From contig NC_086097.1 of NCBI RefSeq assembly GCF_963921235.1, positions 125,614,001 through 125,678,000 on the forward strand: DNA of 64,000 nucleotides, read 5' to 3'. This stretch comes from Mobula hypostoma. Taxonomy: Eukaryota. Made by a program: the position numbers and the translations under genes. Below are positions 12,897 to 25,350 of this stretch, piece by piece (position 1 is the first letter of the stretch; each line of letters starts with the position of its first letter). The notes under the pieces were generated by a model, which did not search any database, was not told the origin of the DNA, and worked only from the letters and a program-made list of their open reading frames with translations.

Positions 12897-13980
12897 TCAC
12901 CTTGTCGCGGTGGAGAAGCTTGTGAGTTCCTGACATCCCGATAGCAATGCCTTCTGAGGTTTTGCCATCTGGCACTTAGCTCCTGGTAGGATCACCCATG
13001 GCAAAGGTCAAATGTCAAAGTTCAAGGTAGAGTTATTATCAAAGTAAGTATACTATATACAGCCTTGAGATTTGTCTTCTTGCAGGCAGCCACAAATCAA
13101 AGAAACACAATAGAACCCACGAAAAAAACCCCACATAACAAAGACCATTAAACACCCAATGTGTGAAAAAGAACAAATCATGCAAACAATAAAAAGTTAA
13201 ACACGCAACACACAAAATATGAACCGCAGTGTCCCAGAAAGTGAAACAGTTCAGCACTGCAGCTGGTCCAGGAGCCCAATGGCTGCAGGCCGCAGCCGCA
13301 GAGTCAGTTCAGCTCTGAAGCAAGTAAACCCTCTCGGAGTTGCGAGCTGAACACCAATTAGGCTTTCACCCTCCTCCTCAACACCTTGATCTTTTTAATC
13401 TGGCTTGATGCTCAAATCAGCTAAACATTGGTTCAACTGTTGCTCTTGGGCCCAGGTCCCACTGCTGTGATCCAGCCTGAAGTTTCAATCCAGCCCCAAG
13501 TCCGCTCCAGCAATAGCTCTTTTGGCTGTACCTGCATTCCCTAGAGTCAGGTTTGCCAAATCCTTCAGGATACCACAAAAAAAAACAAGTTGTAAAGACA
13601 GTTCAAAAGCACAGCTCCCACAGGGAAATTACCGGCTGCGGATTGCAGTGGTCATAGTCCACAAAAAGTATAATTAATAGAACAGTTTGTGGTTGCTGGC
13701 TGCTGCAAAAAATCCCATGACTCGCAGCATCATCTTGTCAAGGGAGAGGTTCCTGACAAAGAGTGGTCCAAAGAAGAGCTCATTGGTGGGGCTGAAGGAA
13801 GATGATCACACATCACAACCAGCAGTGAAGGGTCCCGTGACATCTTGCATTCTATGCCACTAAACACTAACCCCAATCTGTCAAGGAGTGTGTAGTGGCT
13901 GTCCATGGATCGGCATCCCCACGTTAAAGGAAGTCACGCACAGGCGTTCTCCATTAAGAGGATCCGCTCTGACTTCCTAG
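12897..13980 (+). mobile_element. RTE/Expander-like 5'-leader-derived element, interrupted at ~13012-13736 by a minus-strand Rex-tailed non-autonomous element
   Basis: Starts 'caccttgtcgcggtggagaagcttg', resembling RTE leaders from memory. The sequence breaks at 'ggtcaa' and resumes at 'gtcaagggagagg'. Confidence 0.5.
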
Positions 13981-14798
13981 TTATGTGGATCCCGGATCAG
14001 CCACTACAGCCACCTGAAGATCCACCACAGGCAACCCCTTAGGAGACTCGAGCGATTGCACTGCTACTACCGGTGACTGCAGACTGGCCAGTACCACCTT
14101 CTTTGCAGTCTTGTAGAAGTAATGCAAACCATGGTACCAATTATTACTGTCAGGCAGGGTCTTGTGATTATAAGGAAAACATGTAGTACAAACACTTGCA
14201 CCGTTTGTTGGACCCGGAGAAGTCTCCACGACTAAGAGCACCGCTGAAAATAGTGGCACACTTAGTTGCAACGCCGGCCTTTCTGGGTCCAACAAATGGT
14301 GCAAGTATTTGTTTTATACTTTCTTCTTATGATTGTAAGACATTAATAATACAAAATCCTGTAGTTAGTGAGATTGGTTCATTAGTGAGACCGACAGCAA
14401 CCTGTCAATCTTCAGGCCATGCCATTCTGGGACTTGTGCTAGTATTACTTTGTGACCATATGTTCCGGATGGTCATTAAATGAGCTGTGTGTGACTGCTG
14501 TATATTTGTGGTTTTGCACCTTAGCTCCAGAGGAACAATGCTTCATTCAGCTGAATACAAATATATGGTTGAATAACAATAAACTTGAACTTCAACTTGA
14601 ACTTGAGGAGTGATGGACAGTCCTTTAACTAACGTCATGCAGAATTTATTAACTAACCCTTTAATTTATTATTGAATGGGACTCCTGCTATGTCCTGGTT
14701 ACCCACTGTGCTTACAACTATCACCATACTTCTAAACTGATAATTAAGGGAGTCCACAGGCCACCTCAGATGTGTGAACAATGTGAGAGATATGTAAA

Positions 14799-15003
14799 CA
14801 ATGCACACAAAATGCTGGAGGAACCCAGCAGGCCAGCCAGCATCTATGGAAAAGAGTAGCTGACGTTTCGAGTCCTGATGAAGGGTCTCAGCCTGAAACG
14901 TCGACTGTACCCTTTTCCATTGATGCTGCCTGGCCTGCTGAGTTCCTCCAGCATTTTGTGTGTTGCTTGGATTTCCAGCATCTGCAGATTTTCTCTGATT
15001 TGT
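14799..15003. mobile_element. Palindromic mini-PLE made only of terminal repeats
   Basis: Inverted arms 'cacacaaaatgctggaggaacccagcaggcc' / 'ggcctgctgagttcctccagcattttgtgtg'. TSD gagatatgtaaa (14787-14798 / 15004-15015). Confidence 0.85.
14871..14906 (+). ncRNA. Minimal type I hammerhead ribozyme motif (PLE-associated)
   Basis: AGTC-CTGATGA-AGGGTCTCAGCCT-GAAA-C-GTC-GACT: complete catalytic core, stem I AGTC/GACT, stem II AGG/CCT. Confidence 0.75.
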
Positions 15004-16502
15004 GAGATATGTAAATACATTATAGAACACAGAACAGTGCAGCACAAGAGTAGCTATTTTGAACCACAATGCCTGCACCAATCGCAATGCCAAATTAAAC
15101 CAAATCTCTTCCATCTGCACATTACCCACACCCCTCCACTCCCCGCATATTCACGTCTATCTAACAACCTCTTAAACACCATCATCATAATTTTGTTTAG
15201 AGATACTGAACGGTAAGAAGCCCTTCCGGCCCACAAGCCTGCGTCATCCAATTACACCTATGTGACCAACTATCCCTACCAACCACGGGTACATAACAGT
15301 TAGCGCGACTCTATTACAGCTCAGGGCATAACAGAGTTCGGAGTACAATTCCTGCATTGTCTGTAAGGAGTTTGTACATCCTCACCGTCACCGCCTGCAT
15401 CTCCTCCCACAGTCCAAAGACAAAAGACATGCTGATTGGTTGGTTAATTGGTGGTTGACAATGGCAGGAACTGAATCCAGGTTGCTAGCGCTGTAGTAGC
15501 GTTACACTAACCGTTACGCTACTGTGATGCTCCTACTGCCCCACTACCCTGGCAGCTGTCCCAGACACCCACTGTTCCCTGTGCAAAACAATTTACCCCA
15601 CACATCTCCTTCAAACTTCCCCTCTCACCTTAAATGCACGTCCTCTGGTGTTTCATATTTTTACCCTGGGGCAAAGTTCTGACTGTTTATGGCTCACATA
15701 ATTTTATAAATCTCTATTAGATCTCCCCCCAGCTACTAATACTCCAGAGAAAATAATCCAATTTTGTCCAACTGCTCCTTCTAGCTCATACCTTCCAAGC
15801 CAAGCAGCATCCTGGTAAATCACTTCAGCACCCTTTCCAAAGCCTCCACATCCTTCCTGTAATGATGTGACTAGAATTGCATGCGATATCAAATTATCAA
15901 AGGAAATTTGAGATACGCCTGGTCAACTGTGCAAGAAAGCAGCATCCAACATCAAGAACTCCCATCATCTCTTCTCACTACTACCATCAGCAAGGAGGCT
16001 GAGGTCCCTCGCCACCAGGTTCAGTTTCTACCGTACCAGAGTTACTACTGTACAACCAAAGGGCTTCTGGACAAGTGTGGGTAACTTCACACAACTCAAC
16101 ACTGAACTGATTCCACAATTTATGGACTCACTTTCAAGAGCTCTACAACTCATGTTCTCAGCATTATTAATCAATTTGTTTGTTTGTTTTGTTTGCTTAT
16201 TATTTTTCGTAGAGTTTATCTTCTATTTCACATTGTCAGTCTTCGTGTGTGGCATTGATTCTACTGTAATTCTCTGTTCTACTGTGAATGCCTGTAAGCA
16301 AATGAATTTCAAGATAGTGTATGGTGATATACTGTACATAATTCAATAATAAATTTACTTCAAACTGTGAAAAAAAGTTTCTTCTCCTTCCTCTGGATAA
16401 ATGAGCATCCCTACTAAGTTAGATCAGTTCTATTGATGTAATTTTCAGAGGCCGTATACTGTGAATAGCTGGGTTTTATTCAAGTTTAGTGCAAGCAACT
16501 AT

Positions 16503-16945
16503 AGATCTCTCACAAGTCTCCACACTCCTTGAATCTTTCACAACTCTCCAAGCCCCTCAGATGTCTCACAATTCTCCAAACCCCTTAGATCTCCCACAAT
16601 TCTCAGATCTCTCACAATTCTCCAAACTCCTCAAATCTCACAACTCTCCAAACCCCTCAGATCCCTCACAACTCTCCAAACCCCTTAAATCTCTCATAAT
16701 TCTCCAAACCCCTCAGATCTCTCACAATTCTCCAAACCCCTCAGATCTCTCACAATTCTCCAAACCCCTCAGATCCCTCACAACTCTCCAAACCCCTTAA
16801 ATCTCTCACAGCTCTCCAAACCTCTCAGATCTCTCACATCTCCAGACCTCAGAAATCTCACACAAACATCTCCAATCCCCTGAGATCTTCCGTATCTCCA
16901 AACCCCTGAGATCTTCCACATCTCCAAACCCCTATGACCTCCCAT
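16503..16945. repeat. 28-bp minisatellite, about 15 copies
   Basis: Unit CCCCTCAGATCTCTCACAATTCTCCAAA. Starts at 16681, 16709 and 16737 give a 28-bp period; the edges are degenerate. Confidence 0.92.
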
Positions 16946-19716
16946 AATCTCTGCACCCGCTGCCTCTGCTGCTTCAAGAATTCATATTTGTTTCAGTACT
17001 ATTACAGGTTCTTTAGCGTGGAATCTTGTCAAAGCATTTCTACAGTGTGATAAACTGTCATAAGGGATGAAATACAAATTAATTTATTAAAGTCTATCTT
17101 TCAAGCTGTTACTGATTGAATTCTTGTTTTCAAGCAGCATTTTTTTTTCATCCTTTCCTCAAAGCAGACCATAGAACATTACAGCACAGCACAGCACAGG
17201 CTCCTTGGCCAATCTGCTCTAAGATCAATCTAAACCTTCCCTCTTACATAGTTCTCCACTTTTCTGTTATCCATGTGCCTATCTAAGAGTTTCTTAAATG
17301 TCCCTATTGTATCTGCCTCTACTACATCCCCTGGCAATGCTATGCACCCACTACACTCTGTGTAATATTTTACCTCTCACATCCTCCCAATCACCTAAAA
17401 ATTATCCCCCCTCATATTAGCCATTTCCACTCTTGGAAAAAGCCTCTGGATGTCCACTCAATCTCTTATTATATTGTACTCCTCTATCAGGTTACGTCTC
17501 ATCCTCCTTCGTTCCAAAGCTGAATCACCTATCCTCATAAGGCATCCTGGTAAATCTCTGCACCTTCGCTAAAGCTTCCACATCCTTCCTATAGTGCATA
17601 AGATTTCATTATTCTTGATGTAATGAACCAACTGGCCTTCAGTTTGTCATCTCTAAAGGTATTGGAGTGAACATAAATTCACCTAGTTCATAAGTCTACA
17701 TTTTCCAATTCCTTATTTTGAATTTCAGCATGTGGTACATTTAGCTTTAAACTCTGTGTATCATATTTTTTAAATCTGCAATTCTGCTCTGTCTGCTTTA
17801 TTCCACACTCATTGTGTACTTGCTGTTCCTCAGGTACGTACATTCCCCAAGGTTTATCTAATTTTGTAAGTTTCCAATCTGCATCTAAAGGGGTCACACC
17901 TTTCACTCAAACATTTACCTCCACAAGGCTCAAACACTCACTCACTTCTGGTTCTCAAGTGAGCTTAAAACTCAGTTCAGTGACTGTAACTGGAATTTGC
18001 TTTCTAGTTTTCTCCATAAGACCTGAAGATGTTGGAGCAGAATTAGGTCAATCGGCCCATCGAATCTGCCCTGCCATTTATTATACTTCTCAACCCCATT
18101 CTCCTGCTTTCCCCCACTACTCTTTAATATGCTTACTAATCAAGAACTATCAACCTACACTTTAAATACATCCAATGACATGGTTTGCACAACCGTCTGT
18201 GACAATGAATTCCATAGATTCACTACTCTCTGGGTAAAGAAATTCCTGCTCATCTCAGTTCACAGGACGTCCTATGGTCCTAGATTGGAAGCATCCCCTC
18301 CAAGTTCACTCTATTTAAGCCTTTCAATTTTCGATAGGTTTCAATGAAGTTGGAAAGATTGATCAAAGTTTTCTCAATTAAGCAGATGGATGAGAGAAAA
18401 TGGAGTGCTCTGTGGCAGGGGTGGGGGGCGATTAGATTGATCTTAGAGTAAGTTAAAAGGGTGGCATAACATCCAAGGCCAAAAGGACCTGTACTGTGTT
18501 GTAGTGTTCTAAGTTCTAAGTAACATATGAGTAGGTTAAAAGGTTGGTACAACATTGCGGGCCAAAGGATCTGTACTGTGCTGTAGTGTTCATTGTTGAA
18601 GTTCAATATCATTTCAACACAGAAAGAATTGCTGGAATTTCTTTTGATTTCTATTCATTTAAATTTTCAAGACTGCCCATGTTTAATGGTGCAAGGACAA
18701 ATGATTCATCAATGAGAGCATGCCACCAAAAGGTTTAAAAGTAAAAAACTTAAAATGCATAAATCTAATAAATCAGCCAGCTATAATTTCATTGTTCAAA
18801 TGGTAGCAGAGTTACATTGTTAAAAGAAAAACTGAATGATATAAATAATTTCTGATATCACTGGAGTGCATATATTAATGAATTCTGAGTAACACCCACA
18901 CAAATATTCCTCCAATTTATGAATGCCTAGTAAAAAAGATGGTGACTAACATATATTTTTCAACAGCTAATCCTGCTGTGCCTGCTTAGAACCAGGAATC
19001 TGATTTTGAAATGAAGCCTGTATTGTAAAACATAAAAATAGCAACTAATTTTTGTCTACAACAGGATCTTACAACATTAATGGACAGATTATTTATATTT
19101 TGCTCAAACTGAGATCGGCAGAAGGCAAAGGCAAATCACTGCTGTAACCTGCCACATACATGATTTCCCAATATGTCAGAGTGGTGTGGAGGGAAATCGT
19201 CCGCCAACTGGAAATTCCAGATGCGACCTAATGACGACAAACTGATATGGACACCAAAGGAAATTTTTGTTCTTTGAAGATTGTCATGAAACCTATTAAG
19301 GCCATTGGACAATGTCATCTAATAAACTGGATGGAGCTCAAGTACTCGACTGAAGTATCATCTTAGATTATGGCCCTTATTCGGTAAGACAGACATTGCA
19401 TATACAAAAAAAATGTTATTAATGAAATCTGATAAAATTGTAAAAGGGCTCAATATTATTAGACATAACCATGTTGGACTGTGAAAGGCAGTCACATACG
19501 CCTTCAGCTGAGAACAAATGGAAAAACAGACAGCATACTCATCGAAACATGACCGAGTTTTCAGAATGAAAGTTAAGACACAAAATGTTAGGAATACTGG
19601 GCAGGACGGGCAGCATCAGAGCAAAGAGAAAGAAAGTTAATGTTTCTGATCAAAGACCCTTTGTCAGAACTGCTGAAAGGTCTTCAACCCGCAATACAAC
19701 GCCCAATATCAACACA

Positions 19717-20283
19717 TACTCAGCGGCCACCTTACTGGCTATACCTGTACACCTGCTCATTGATGTACATAGAGTATCTAATCAGCCAATCATGTGGCAG
19801 CAACTCAATGGATAAAAGCATGCAGACCCATATGGACAAGAGCTCTGGTTGCTGTCCAGACTAAATGTTAGAATGGAGAGCAATGTGATCTAAGTGACTT
19901 TGACCGTGGAATGATTATCGGTGTCAGATAGGGTGGCTTGAGTATCTCAGAAACTGCTGATCTCCATGCACAACTGTTTCTACAGTTTATAAAGAATGGT
20001 GCAAAAAACAAAAAACATAGTGTGAGCAGCAGTTCTGTGGGTGAAAATGCCTTGTTAATGAGAGAGGGCAGAGGAGAATGGGTAGAGTGGTTCAAACTGA
20101 CAGGAAAGCAACAGCAACTCAAATAACCACACGTTACAACAGTGGTGTGTAGAATACCATCTCTGAATGCATAACATGTCCAACCATGAAGTGGTTGGGC
20201 TACAGCAGCAAAAGACCACAAACAAACCCTCAGTGGCCACTTTATTAGGTACCTCCTGTACCCAATAAAGTAGCCACTGAGTG
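19717..20283 (+). mobile_element. Tc1/mariner non-autonomous element
   Basis: Terminal inverted repeats tactcagcggccac... / ...aataaagtagccactgagtg followed by TA. Internal remnant of a transposase N-terminus (DLSDFDRGMIIG...SISETA). Confidence 0.85.
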
Positions 20284-21236
20284 TATATCTACAAATATGA
20301 CCATGCAAGTATTCTCAGCATTTTCTGTCTTTATTTCAGATTCCCAGCAACTGTAGTTTCTTTGAGTTTTAGAGCAAACATCTAATGAAATAAAATGTGC
20401 ACAAATACATAAATACCAACATGCATTTACAATATAAACAACATTATAAAAATAGTTTAAAGTTAAGTGCAGTAACTGAGGTAATAGATAAGAGGGTATA
20501 TGAAGGGGTTAACTAGAATAGTTCAGATTAACTGCCTGGGGGAAAAACTTTAGAAGATGGTGTAAAGTTTTTGTTTTAATAACCCTACAGTGCTTTCCAG
20601 AAGGGAGCTTTTGTAAAAAGGGAGCAGTTTGAAGGGTGGGTAGTGACTGCAACTGCTTATTCCTCTCCATAGATGCTGCCTGACCTGCTGAGTTCCTCCA
20701 GCATCTTGTGTGAGTTGCTTTGGATTTCCAGCGTCTGCAGACTTTCTCATGTTTATGATTTTTGTTGCCCTCTTTGTCCTGGACACATGCACGCCTGCGG
20801 TGATGGTAGACTGCAGACAGTGACATTTTCCATTGACCTGACAGTTCATTGTCGTTTTTGTACACTGTGAGAGGATGCTGCACTAAACCAGACAGTAACG
20901 GCTGATGTGAGAATGCTCTCTATGATGGCAGTGTAGATTTGCACCGGTATTTTCTGGGGAAGATAGAATTTTACCATCTGCTGCAAGAAGTACATTCTCT
21001 GCTGAACCTGGAAATCGACCTGCAAAAGAAAGCCACTGGCACTGGTGCTAACTACCCGGACAAGAAATAAATAGCTCAAAGGTGTGGAAGAAAATAAGAC
21101 AGGTGCTAAGGAATTATTCATTGCAAAGGAAGTACTTGGAATAACTCGGACAGAACCAATGTTTGATTTTGTTACTTTTTATCTCTTCTCATTCTATCTA
21201 CAATTTAATTGCATACTTTTTCTATTAATCCTAAAA

Positions 21237-22080
21237 AAACTGATTGTGAACTTCAGGAAGGTGAAGTCAAGGGAACACACACTCATTGAGAGGTCCAGTG
21301 AGGTCCACAGTGGAAAGAGTGAGCAGCATCAAGTTCCTGGGTGTCAGCATCTCTGAAGAACTATCCTGGGCCAAACACATTGATGCAATTGCAAAGAAGG
21401 CACATCAGCAGCTATATTTCATTGGAGTTTGAAGAGATTTGGTATGTCACGAAAGACTCTAACTCATTTCTATAGGTACACGGTGGAGAGCATTCTAACT
21501 GGTTACATCACCAACACAAGAAATTCTGCAGATGCTGCAAATCCAAAGCAACACGCACAAAATGCTGGAGGAACTCAGCAGGACAGGCAGCATTCATGGA
21601 AATGAACAAACAGTCAACATTTCTTCAGGCAGCATCACCACCTGGTATGGAGGGTCCACAACATAGGATCGGAAAAAGCCAGCTGCATCATGAGACTAGC
21701 CTCCACAGCATCAAGGACATCTCCAAATGGCGATGCTTCAGAAAGGGTACATCCATCATTAAGGGCTCCCATCACCCAAGACATGCTCTCTTCTTATTAC
21801 TGCCATCAGAAAGGAGGTACAGGAGCTAGAGAATGCATATTCAACCTTTTAAGAACAGGTTCTTTCCCTGCCCCCCCCATCAGACTTCCAAACAGTCAAT
21901 GAACCCATGAACACTATCTCACTATTTTTGCTCTCTTTTTTATGCTACTCATTTAGTTTAATTTTAATATGTTTCTTATTGTAATTTATATTAATTTTTA
22001 ATGTTTGCACTGTACTATTCCCACAAAACAACAATTTTCACAACATATGTCAGCGATATCAAACCTGATTCTGATTCTTA
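21237..22080 (+). mobile_element. Rex1/Babar 3' fragment with an inserted PLE terminal piece (~21513-21628)
   Basis: Ends ...HHPRHALFLLLPSERRYRS with a (tgattc)n tail. 'catcacca' is duplicated around the PLE piece. Confidence 0.75.
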
Positions 22081-22395
22081 TTCCACTGACCTGACTTGGT
22101 GAATGCACCCTCCAGATATGCGTCAGAATTTTCCAGCGCTTTGCAGACTGACACATCGCTGCAGTGTCAGTGTTGTGGTCTTTTAGGGCAGATACTAATC
22201 TAACTGAGAGCTGGAATTGATCCCAATGAGGCAACTCATTCAAGAGAATATAAATATGAAAGATGTAGACAGGGTAGACAGTCATAATCTTTCTCCCAAT
22301 GTATAAATGCCAAATACCAGAGGGTCTAGCTTTAACGTGCATTGGATCCTGATGCTTTTGCGATCCCAAGGTTCTTTGGAAGTCAAGAATAAGAC

Positions 22396-22735
22396 CGTAA
22401 GACATAGGAGAAGAATTAGGCCATTTGGCCCATCAAGTCTGCTCTGCCATTCCATCATGGCTGATTTATTATCCCTATAAACCCCATTCCCCTGCCTTCT
22501 CACCATAACTTTTGACACTCTTACTATGCAAGAATCCATCAACCTCCTCTTTAAATATACCCAATTACTTGTCCTCCACAGCCAACTGTGGTAATGAATT
22601 CCATAGCTTCACCACCCTCTGGCTAAAGAAATTCCTCCTCATCTCTGTTCTTTAGAGGCATCCTTGTATTTTAAGGCTGTGCTGTCTGGTCCTAGACTCC
22701 CCCACTACAGGAAATATCTCCTCCACATCAACTCT
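22396..22735 (-). mobile_element. CR1 3' fragment
   Basis: CR1 3' UTR and ORF end, as at 56401-56733 and 7180-7500. Confidence 0.8.
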
Positions 22736-23274
22736 ACACCTTACAATTCTACACCCCAATCTGACAAGTGGAAGGGGGAAAATAGAAAGTTTAGTTTTAA
22801 ACACAGAGTGGTAAGAAAACAGCATCCATCATCACCAGCCCCCACCATCCAGGCCATGCTCTCTTCTCGCTGTTCCCATCGGGAAAGAGGTACAGAAGCA
22901 CTGCGCCCCACACCACCAGGTTCAGGAACAGTCATTGTCCTTCAACCATCAGGGTCCTGAACCAACACGGATAGCTTCACTCACCTCAACTCTGAACCAG
23001 TTCCATAATCCATGGACTCACTTTCAAGGGCCATATATCTCATGTTCTCAGCAACAGTTATTTACTTTTTTTTGTATTTGCACAATTTGTCTTCTTTTGC
23101 ACGTTGATTGTTTCTCAGTCTTTGTTTCGGTGGTGTTTTTTTATTGATTCTATTGTATTTCTTCACTCTGCTGTGAAAGCCCGCAAAAAGGAATCTCAGG
23201 CTAGTATATGGTGACATATACGTTCTTTGACAATAAATTTACTTTGAACTTTGGTAGGTAACTAGAACACACTG

Positions 23275-23581
23275 TGGGCAGGTGGCCAAGTGGTTAAGGC
23301 GTTTGACTAGCGATCTAAAGGTCGTGAGTTCGAGCCCCAGCCGAGGCAGCATGTTGTGTCCTTGAGCAAGGCACTTAACCACACATTGCTCTGCAACGAC
23401 ACTGGTGCCAAGCTGTATGGGTCCGAGTGCCCTTCCCTTGGACATCGGTGTCGTGGAGAGGGGAGACTTGCAGCATGGGCAACTGTCTGTCTTCCATACA
23501 ACCTTGCCCAGGCCTGTGCCCTGGAGAGTGAAGACTTTGCAGGCGCAGATCCATGGTCTCGCAAGACTAACAGATGCCTTT
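23275..23581 (+). mobile_element. Full-length tRNA-derived SINE with CORE-like body
   Basis: A-box TGGCCAAGTGG, B-box GTTCGAGCC, body 'gtgtccttgagcaaggcacttaacc'. Perfect 14-bp TSD actagaacacactg (23261-23274 / 23582-23595). Confidence 0.92.
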
Positions 23582-24744
23582 ACTAGAACACACTGCCAGG
23601 GTTGGTGGAGGAAACAAGCATGTTAACAGCACTTAAGGGGCTTCTGGAACAGCACATGAATGTGTAGGGAATGGAGTGACACACAGAAAATGCTGGAGGA
23701 ACTTTGGAAGGACTGAAGGGTTTCAGCCTGAAACGTCAACTGTACTCTCTTCCATAGATGCTGCCTGGCCTGCTGAGTTCCTCCAGCATTTTGTGTGTGT
23801 TGCTCAGATTTCAGCATCTGCAGATTTTCTCTTGTTTGTGAGGGAATAGAGTGATATGGATCATAGGCAGGGGAAAAAAAGTTTAGGTCAGTTTGGGGTC
23901 ATGTTTGGCCAAGGCATTATAGGCTCCAGGGTCAGCGATGTGGACAAGGGACAAGGGCCATCCAGAGTCAGGCTAGCAAGTGCTGTGGATGAGGGCTTGT
24001 GGCCTGCCATGCCAGCAAGTCCCCCCCAGGATGGCGGGCACTTGTCTGGATGCCCGGGTGAGCTGGAAGCACGAGGGCCGGTGGTAGATGCACGAATCAG
24101 CAAGTTTTGAGTTCGAGATCTGGAGATGGGGGTCAGCTTCATTGCACTTGCTGTTGGTGACTCTTAATTGTATTTACTCAAATAACTGTTAATGATTACA
24201 CCCCAAAAGTAATCTAATAGTACTATAGTAATCTGTCTATACCATGTATATTAAAGATACAATTCTTCTTTATAGTACATTGAACATTAGAACAATCTAA
24301 CCCTCCATCTTTCTATCATCCATGCCTATCTCAGAGCATCTTAAATACCCTAATACACCTGCCTCTATCACCACCCAGAAAGGCATTCCACACACGTACC
24401 ACTATCTGTGTTAAAACTTACCTCCATACTTTCCTCCAGTCACCTTAAAATTATACCCCCCTTCCCTCCCCAACCCACTGTATTATCCGTTTCCACCCTG
24501 TAAAGAAAGTCTGTGGCCATTCACTCGATCCATGCCTCTTATCATCCTGTACACCTCTCATCCTACTTCACTTCAAAAAGCCCTAGCTTGCTCAACCTGT
24601 CTTCATACTGTCTAGTCCAGGCGGCATCCTAGAGTTCTAACGTTCTAAAATGTATTGGACCAATGCTGCCTAAAGATGCCAGAAGTCCATACAATAATGA
24701 GGATGCTGGACCGTTTTGTTTAAGAACAAGTTGTATGGTGAACA

Positions 24745-25283
24745 TTTTATTAGGTACACCTGATCGTTAATATCTAATCACCTAAGGTGGCTGCAACTCA
24801 ATGCATAAAAGCATGCAGACATGGTCAAGAGGTTCAGTTGTTGTTCAGACCAAACATCAGAATGGGGAAGAAATGTGATCTAAGTGACTTTGACGGTGGA
24901 ATGATTGTTGGTGCCAGATGGGGTGGTTTGAGTATCTCAGAAGCAGCTGAACTCCTGGTATATTCACACACAACCGTCTCTGCAGTTTGCATTGAGTGAT
25001 ATGAGAAACAAAAAGACATCTAGTGAGCGGCAGTTCTCTGTGTGAAAACACCTTGTTAATCAGAGAGGTCAGGGGAGAATGGTCCCACTGGTTCAAGCTG
25101 ACAGGAAAGTGAGAGTAACTCAAGTAACCACACTTTACAACAGTGGTGTGCAGAGAGTATCTCTGAATGCACAACACATTGAATCTTGAAATGGATGGGC
25201 TCCGGCTACAATCGACCACAAACATACACAGTTGTCACTTTACTAGGTACAGGAAGCACCTAATAAAGTAGCCTTTGCGTGTC
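24745..25283 (+). mobile_element. Tc1/mariner non-autonomous element, second copy of the 19717-20283 family
   Basis: Colinear similarity with the first copy; encodes remnant MGKKCDLSDFDGGMIVGARWGGLSISEAAELL. Confidence 0.85.
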
Positions 25284-25350
25284 CAGTACCATACAAAAGT
25301 CTTAGGCACCCTAGCTATATATATGTGCCTAAGCTTTTTGCAAAGTACTG
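25284..25350. mobile_element. 67-bp Tc1-type MITE (TIRs only)
   Basis: cagtaccatacaaaagtcttaggcac ... gtgcctaagctttttgcaaagtactg followed by TA. Confidence 0.75.

Noticed and set aside
16489..16800. 103-aa repetitive ORF or CRISPR-like array
   Set aside because: Head-to-tail 28-bp minisatellite with no unique spacers in eukaryotic DNA; the ORF is a by-product.
23275..23350. tRNA gene
   Set aside because: The A/B boxes belong to a SINE head that continues into a body and tail within a TSD.
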